A DNA stretch of 64,000 bases from a bacterium (GTDB taxonomy: Bacteria; Zixibacteria; MSB-5A5; GN15; FEB-12). Of the stretch, positions 59,217 through 64,000 are shown piece by piece. Position 1 is the stretch's first letter. Every line of letters begins with the position of its first letter. The DNA is taken from contig JBDRNJ010000064.1 of assembly GCA_043811375.1 (NCBI GenBank), forward strand, positions 72,749 to 136,748, written 5' to 3'. The notes beneath the pieces were generated by a model that was given only the letters and a program-made list of their open reading frames with translations, ran no database searches and had not been told where the DNA came from. The position numbers were made by a program, and so were the translations under genes.

Positions 59217-60644
59217 ATGCAATCTGAGTCAATGGCAACTTCACTGAGGCTCTTGTTTCTGGCGGTTGCGCTGATCCTATGGCCCTTGATATCGCTCCAT
59301 GCCGGCAACCAGACTGGCAACTTCAAGGTGGAAGAACTTGTGTGCAGAATGGAGCTAGGCTTCAGCATTGACACAGTCAACAATGCCTACGGAACGACAG
59401 TCAAAGGTTTTGTACAGCAAACCAGTTGTTACCTGCTTGGAACCCCGTCGGGCCAGAACGCAGAGAGTCTTGCCGTAGAGATCAGTGAGCTGACGGGAGT
59501 TCAATACTGTGGTGCCAATTATTATCTCGACGCGCCTGAACCTTTTCAGCTGAGCCAACCCTTTCTGGATGTCTACGGCACGGGTGACTACCAGACACAG
59601 TCGGCGGCCAGTGTCTTGAGTCTGACCACGGTCCACACAATCACCGAAGGCAGCGGTGTCAAGGTGGCCGTAATCGACTGCGGGGTGAATCTCGATCATC
59701 CGGAGTTTGTCGCGAGGTCCGGCGGAGTGTACTCGGGGTGGGATTTTGTCGATGGTGACTCTATTGCCAACGATGAACCGGGAGGAGTTGGCTCCGGCCA
59801 CGGTACGTTTGTCGCAGGTGTTGTCAGATTGGCGGCGCCGGGTTGCGACATTTATGCCTACCGCGTGCTCGATACCCTCGGCCGAGGGGACGGATACACT
59901 GTCACAGAGGCTCTCTTGCAAGCGATTGAAGACAGCTGCAAGGTGGTCAATCTGAGTCTTGGTATGGTCGGTCGACATGATGCTCTCGATGATGCCCTGA
60001 AATACGCCGAAAGCCAGGATATCACCGTCGTTACATCTGCCGGCAATGACTCAACGGAGATTGACTTGGTGTTCCCGTTTCCTGGGAAAAAGGCATCGTG
60101 CCTGACAGTCGCGGCTCTCGATTCTTTGAATATCAAAGCTGATTTCTCTAATTATGGGTATAAGGTGGACATCTGCGCTCCGGGCACTCAAATCTATAGT
60201 CCCTTTCTGGACACTTCTTATGCCTGGTGGAATGGGACGAGCTTCGCGGCGCCCTTCGTTACCGGTCTGGCGGCGCTGATATATTCTGTCGATTCAATGT
60301 TCACTTGTGAAGAGGTTGACTACATCATAAGCGAAACGGCGACAGACATTGACTTTCTTAATCCCGGCATGGAAGGTAAGCTTGGTACTGGTTTAGTCAA
60401 TATGGTTGCCGCCCTTGAAATGGTTACCAGTCTGTTGTGCGGCGATGTTGATGCCTCTGGCGACGTCACCGTTTCAGATCTGACCTATTTGATTGACTAC
60501 CTCTTCCGCGGTGGAGCAGCACCGTACCCGCTACTGCGCACTGGTGACGTTGACAGCACCTGTGACGTGAATGTCGGAGACGTGACGTATCTGGTAGCCT
60601 ACTTGTTCTTAGGCGGACCCGCTCCCTGCCAAGGTAGTCCGTAA
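59217..60644 (+). CDS. Secreted S8 subtilisin-like protease with C-terminal dockerin-like domain
   Basis: Signal peptide; IDCG, HGTFVAG, SAGN, GTSFAAP; GDVD..VSDLTYLIDYLF motif repeated twice. Confidence 0.93.
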   Translation: MQSESMATSLRLLFLAVALILWPLISLHAGNQTGNFKVEELVCRMELGFSIDTVNNAYGTTVKGFVQQTSCYLLGTPSGQNAESLAVEISELTGVQYCGANYYLDAPEPFQLSQPFLDVYGTGDYQTQSAASVLSLTTVHTITEGSGVKVAVIDCGVNLDHPEFVARSGGVYSGWDFVDGDSIANDEPGGVGSGHGTFVAGVVRLAAPGCDIYAYRVLDTLGRGDGYTVTEALLQAIEDSCKVVNLSLGMVGRHDALDDALKYAESQDITVVTSAGNDSTEIDLVFPFPGKKASCLTVAALDSLNIKADFSNYGYKVDICAPGTQIYSPFLDTSYAWWNGTSFAAPFVTGLAALIYSVDSMFTCEEVDYIISETATDIDFLNPGMEGKLGTGLVNMVAALEMVTSLLCGDVDASGDVTVSDLTYLIDYLFRGGAAPYPLLRTGDVDSTCDVNVGDVTYLVAYLFLGGPAPCQGSP

Positions 60645-60823
60645 ACACACGACAGTCTCTGATAGAGGCTGGCTGTCGCAACGCGAATGGCCGGTCGTCA
60701 GCCATTTGGTCCTCACGCGGTCGGCTGTATCTGCCTCCGGTGTTGCTGCCTTCAGCAGGTCTTATTTGCCTCTCTTACCATACTAATACGGGTAGCGATA
60801 AAGATTTCGCTCTTTTCACGTGA

Positions 60824-60850
60824 ACGAAATCTACGGCAACATCCTCTGTA
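60824..60850 (+). promoter_or_regulatory. Putative cognate ECF promoter ACGAAAT-N13-CTCTGTA, copy 2
   Basis: About 70 nt upstream of the lipoprotein gene; identical boxes to 55879..55905. Confidence 0.65.
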
Positions 60851-60921
60851 GGTCGAAAGCTGATTTCTAGAAAACCGCCGTTAGTACAACGGCTTGTAAA
60901 AACCGTAAAGGAGGTAGAAGT

Positions 60922-61866
60922 ATGATGCAGAGGAGAAAAGGTCTCCTGGTGTTTCTGCTGGGAGGGCTGGTGGCTGCCATCAGTGTTGGCTGCTCCAGCG
61001 AAAGCCCGTTAGCACCAATCAGTAGCCCTATCACGCAAGAAGCGAGAGATGGCTCTGGAGATCCCTCGTTGTCGGCGGGCAATATTCAGTTTGATTCCCG
61101 TGTGGCTACAATCGATCTGGCCGAGAGGAAGTTGACGTTTACGGGCGCAAGCTACGTTGCTATTGCCGCTGAGGACTGCGAGATCGTCCGCTTGGACGGT
61201 GGGACGGTAACACCGATCCTGTTCAGCGATATCCAGGTCGGCGACTCGGCACGGGTCTGCGGGATTCTGCAGTCCGACAGTGAAGTTCTTGCCAACAAAA
61301 TTCGGATTTTCGCAGAGTCTGAGTGCCCCGACTATGATGTTGCATTCCGGGACACTATCGCAACCATCGACTACGCGGCAGGCTCTTTCACGGTAACAGG
61401 CCGGTCCGAAGTCATCCTCGTGGATGACAACACAGTGATATGGGGGCACACTTCGCAGGCTCTTTCTGGTGGTGGTGGCAACGGCGGTGAAGGCAATGTT
61501 GTCAAAGGCATGAGGATCTACTACGAATTTACGGATTTGGCGGTAGGCCACGTTGTGGAAGTAAGAGCCGATATTGTAAGTCTTGACACGTTGCTGGCGG
61601 TTTCCATTAAAGTGGCAAACTGCAGTTTCAAGAAAAGCGTGGAATTCAGTGCCTATCTCGCCTCGGTTGATGTTCCTGCGCGGATTGTTACCTTTGACGG
61701 TCTACCCTGGATCGCGATGGTTTGCCCTCAGGCAGCACTCATAGATTTGGACGGTCAGCCACTAACTCTGGCGGACTTTGCTTCCGGTGATTTTGTGGCT
61801 GTGAAAGGATTCCCGCTCGAAGCGGACTCATTGTTCGTTTGTCTGATGGAGAAGATTGAACCCTGA
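60922..61866 (+). CDS. Lipoprotein with three DUF5666-like OB-fold repeats
   Basis: Lipobox SVGC; repeated ..ID....TF.G...F.D..VG..V.V.G unit. Confidence 0.75.
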   Translation: MMQRRKGLLVFLLGGLVAAISVGCSSESPLAPISSPITQEARDGSGDPSLSAGNIQFDSRVATIDLAERKLTFTGASYVAIAAEDCEIVRLDGGTVTPILFSDIQVGDSARVCGILQSDSEVLANKIRIFAESECPDYDVAFRDTIATIDYAAGSFTVTGRSEVILVDDNTVIWGHTSQALSGGGGNGGEGNVVKGMRIYYEFTDLAVGHVVEVRADIVSLDTLLAVSIKVANCSFKKSVEFSAYLASVDVPARIVTFDGLPWIAMVCPQAALIDLDGQPLTLADFASGDFVAVKGFPLEADSLFVCLMEKIEP

Positions 61867-61946
61867 TTGCCGCTTAGCTCTATTTGACGCGATCGCCAGG
61901 ACATTTCTCCAACATTGGCGTTGCGTTACCAACGCGACTTACTGAC

Positions 61947-61976
61947 ACGGGTGCGGGTTTTTTTACCCGCACCCGT
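61947..61976. terminator. Perfect hairpin, probable terminator
   Basis: acgggtgcgggt-T6-acccgcacccgt. Confidence 0.65.
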
Positions 61977-62100
61977 AATTGCTCACATTTAGGTCTCAGT
62001 AATCGGGGGAAGAGAGAATCATCAACACATGTGCGAGAGTTCTATCCACGGGTAGCTCATACATGACATAATAGGCTGCCGAACAGCCACTTACTTGGAT

Positions 62101-62156
62101 AGGCGGGGCTACGAGACGATTTCCGCAACTGGGTCATCGAAAATGCAGCTGCCTGA
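62101..62156 (+). repeat. att-like repeat copy F
   Basis: aggcggggctacgagacgatttccgcaactgggtcatcgaaaatgcagctgcctga, reading LRDDFRNWVIENAAA*. Confidence 0.8.
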
Positions 62157-62330
62157 ATGCGACGGCTGAATGCTCGGTGGCATCACATGAATCGACTCGC
62201 TGTGCTTTCAATCAGGAGATAGGATCACTTCAAGTCGGGGCAGATACTGCTGCTCTAACGGTCCCGGCTCAGCCAACCAAGAAGTCGATCCATGAATTTC
62301 TTGAGCATACTAATATCAAGGGCCTCAAAC

Positions 62331-63617
62331 TTACTTCTCTCGCTTCCACCCTTTACGACTCTTCCGTTCTGACTGACGGCGTGGGCGAGATGGCTTCTTC
62401 GATGGCCGCTGTGCTGAAGGCTGGCGTCGTGGCGTTTGACTACTGTCTCGGGATTCGGTTGCGGGCATACGCCTGCGCGGGGGAGGCAGGACCGGCAGTG
62501 TCGACAAAGGGAGGTTGGATCTGATCAGTAGCTCGATGCTCTTCACATCTTTCTTCTGATCGAGAGTGGCAAAAGACACCGACCGACCGGAAAGACCAGC
62601 TCGCCCGGTGCGTCCGATTCGATGAACATAATCTTCGGTATTCGTTGGCAGATCGTAGTTGACGACCAACTCGATTCCCGAGACATCAATGCCCCGAGAG
62701 GCGACATCGGTCGCCACCAGTGCGCGGTATTTTCCCGACTTAAAACCGTCGAGTGCCTCGCGACGCTGTGGCAGACTTCGATTGGAATGGATTTCCGCCG
62801 CCGTGTGACCCATGGATCTGACCTGGCGAGTGAGCTTGCTCGCCCCGTACTTGGTCCGGGTGAAGATGAGTACCGGTCCGAGATACCGCTCAAGCATCAC
62901 TTCGAGTAACTGTGTTTTCGCCCCTTTTTCGACGAAAAACATCTCCTGGACAATTTTATCAGGTGCGGTCCCGGAGGGGGCGATTTCGACATGAATCGGT
63001 AAATCCATCTCGCGGCGGGCGAGAGTCATAATCTCCTCTGGAATGGTAGCCGAAAACAACATCATTTGACGCTTCTTCGGAACGACCGCCAGAATCTTGT
63101 TGATCTGGGGCGCGAACCCCATGTCCAGCATCCTGTCCGCTTCGTCCAGGACAAGTATGTGTACGTCGCCAAGACTGACAGTCCGATGTTCGAGATGGTC
63201 GATCAGACGCCCCGGCGTAGCGATGATCACACGCGGTTTTCGTCTGAGAGAGAGAAGTTGAGTGGCCATGGACGCTCCGCCGATTAACACCGTGGTCCGC
63301 AGTCCCAGAGACCGGCCGACGGCATTCAGCGCCTCGTCAACCTGAAGAGCCAGTTCACGAGTCGGGGTTATGACGAGACCCCGTCCTTTAATCTGGGCCA
63401 GGCGTTGTATCAGTGGAATACCATAAGCAAGTGTCTTGCCGGTCCCCGTTTGCGCGATAGCGATGAGATCCTTACCCTTGATTGTTATGGGTATGGACTG
63501 CCGCTGGATTGGCGTCGGTTCGGTGAACTTGAGGCGATTAATGGCCTCGAGCAGCCCTGGTGCAATGCCCAAGCCGGTAAATCCGCTGCGGGAAGATTGG
63601 GTAGTCCTGTCAATCAA
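62331..63617 (-). CDS. DEAD-box RNA helicase (RhlE-like)
   Basis: Q motif, TGTGKT, PTRELA, DEAD, SAT, HRIGRTGRAG, basic tail; probable TTG start at 63617 after GGAGG. Confidence 0.95.
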   Translation of the reverse strand: MIDRTTQSSRSGFTGLGIAPGLLEAINRLKFTEPTPIQRQSIPITIKGKDLIAIAQTGTGKTLAYGIPLIQRLAQIKGRGLVITPTRELALQVDEALNAVGRSLGLRTTVLIGGASMATQLLSLRRKPRVIIATPGRLIDHLEHRTVSLGDVHILVLDEADRMLDMGFAPQINKILAVVPKKRQMMLFSATIPEEIMTLARREMDLPIHVEIAPSGTAPDKIVQEMFFVEKGAKTQLLEVMLERYLGPVLIFTRTKYGASKLTRQVRSMGHTAAEIHSNRSLPQRREALDGFKSGKYRALVATDVASRGIDVSGIELVVNYDLPTNTEDYVHRIGRTGRAGLSGRSVSFATLDQKKDVKSIELLIRSNLPLSTLPVLPPPRRRMPATESRDSSQTPRRQPSAQRPSKKPSRPRRQSERKSRKGWKREK

Positions 63618-64000
63618 CGTGTCGTGTCCCTCCGGAGCCGGATTTCGTGGTCGAGGTCTCAAGCATACAATGTGCTTTCCGTCGAAGTGCATTTGAGAAA
63701 AACATAAAGTTCACTCAAGCAGAGTAGATGTGTGGGGACTTGAAGTAAAGGCAAAATGTGAATCAGGTGTGCAGAGAAGACAAAACTGCAGGATATCAGA
63801 TCAGGTACCTGGCCAGGCAATGTTCGATTTCATTGCTTCCGAATTGTCTCAAACTAATGCATCTGGCGATTGCCGGAACTCCTTCGCATAATGCGTGTTA
63901 TGTGATGGTGAATTTAGGCTGAAATTGGTCGAATTCCGGTGTCCGCGGTTGTCCGCTTTTGTCCCCCCAACCCGTTTTTCAAAGAGGGGACAATTTGATA

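Overview
Bacterial, mostly accessory 64-kb region. Dockerin-like C-terminal repeats, the kinase style and an anaerobic gene set suggest candidate division Zixibacteria or a related FCB-group anaerobe (inference). Gene content in order: partial Ser/Thr kinase; GNAT; GYD; two tandem RRM RNA-binding genes with a conserved leader; Tat-exported M19 dipeptidase with a PLC-like partner; histidine kinase; moaA-moaC-MOSC-mogA-moeA; a CusCBA-type efflux operon; a Crp/Fnr cluster (ferredoxin, porin, octaheme HAO-family cytochrome, NapC/NirT cytochrome); YyaL; an Xis-HTH/macro/HmcE/HmcF-receiver/PAS kinase/response regulator operon; a CzcCBA-like operon; a decayed large serine recombinase; an ECF/anti-sigma cassette; glnA-gatE-gatD; an ECF sigma/ZAS anti-sigma/TPR-CHAT/S8/DUF5666 module; a DEAD-box helicase. 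Main observations: (1) six co-oriented att-like sites (core TACGAGACGAGTTYC), several encoding conserved recombinase-like peptide tails, divide the window into cargo blocks; (2) a CRISPR-independent TPR-CHAT protease/anti-sigma/sigma module carries a twice-repeated promoter-like motif, ACGAAAT-N13-CTCTGTA; (3) archaeal-type GatDE sits with glutamine synthetase in a bacterial context; (4) the redox-signalling operon has an HmcF-receiver fusion and a divergent macro domain. No tRNA, rRNA or CRISPR array was seen. Family calls come from motif recognition by eye; no searches were run.
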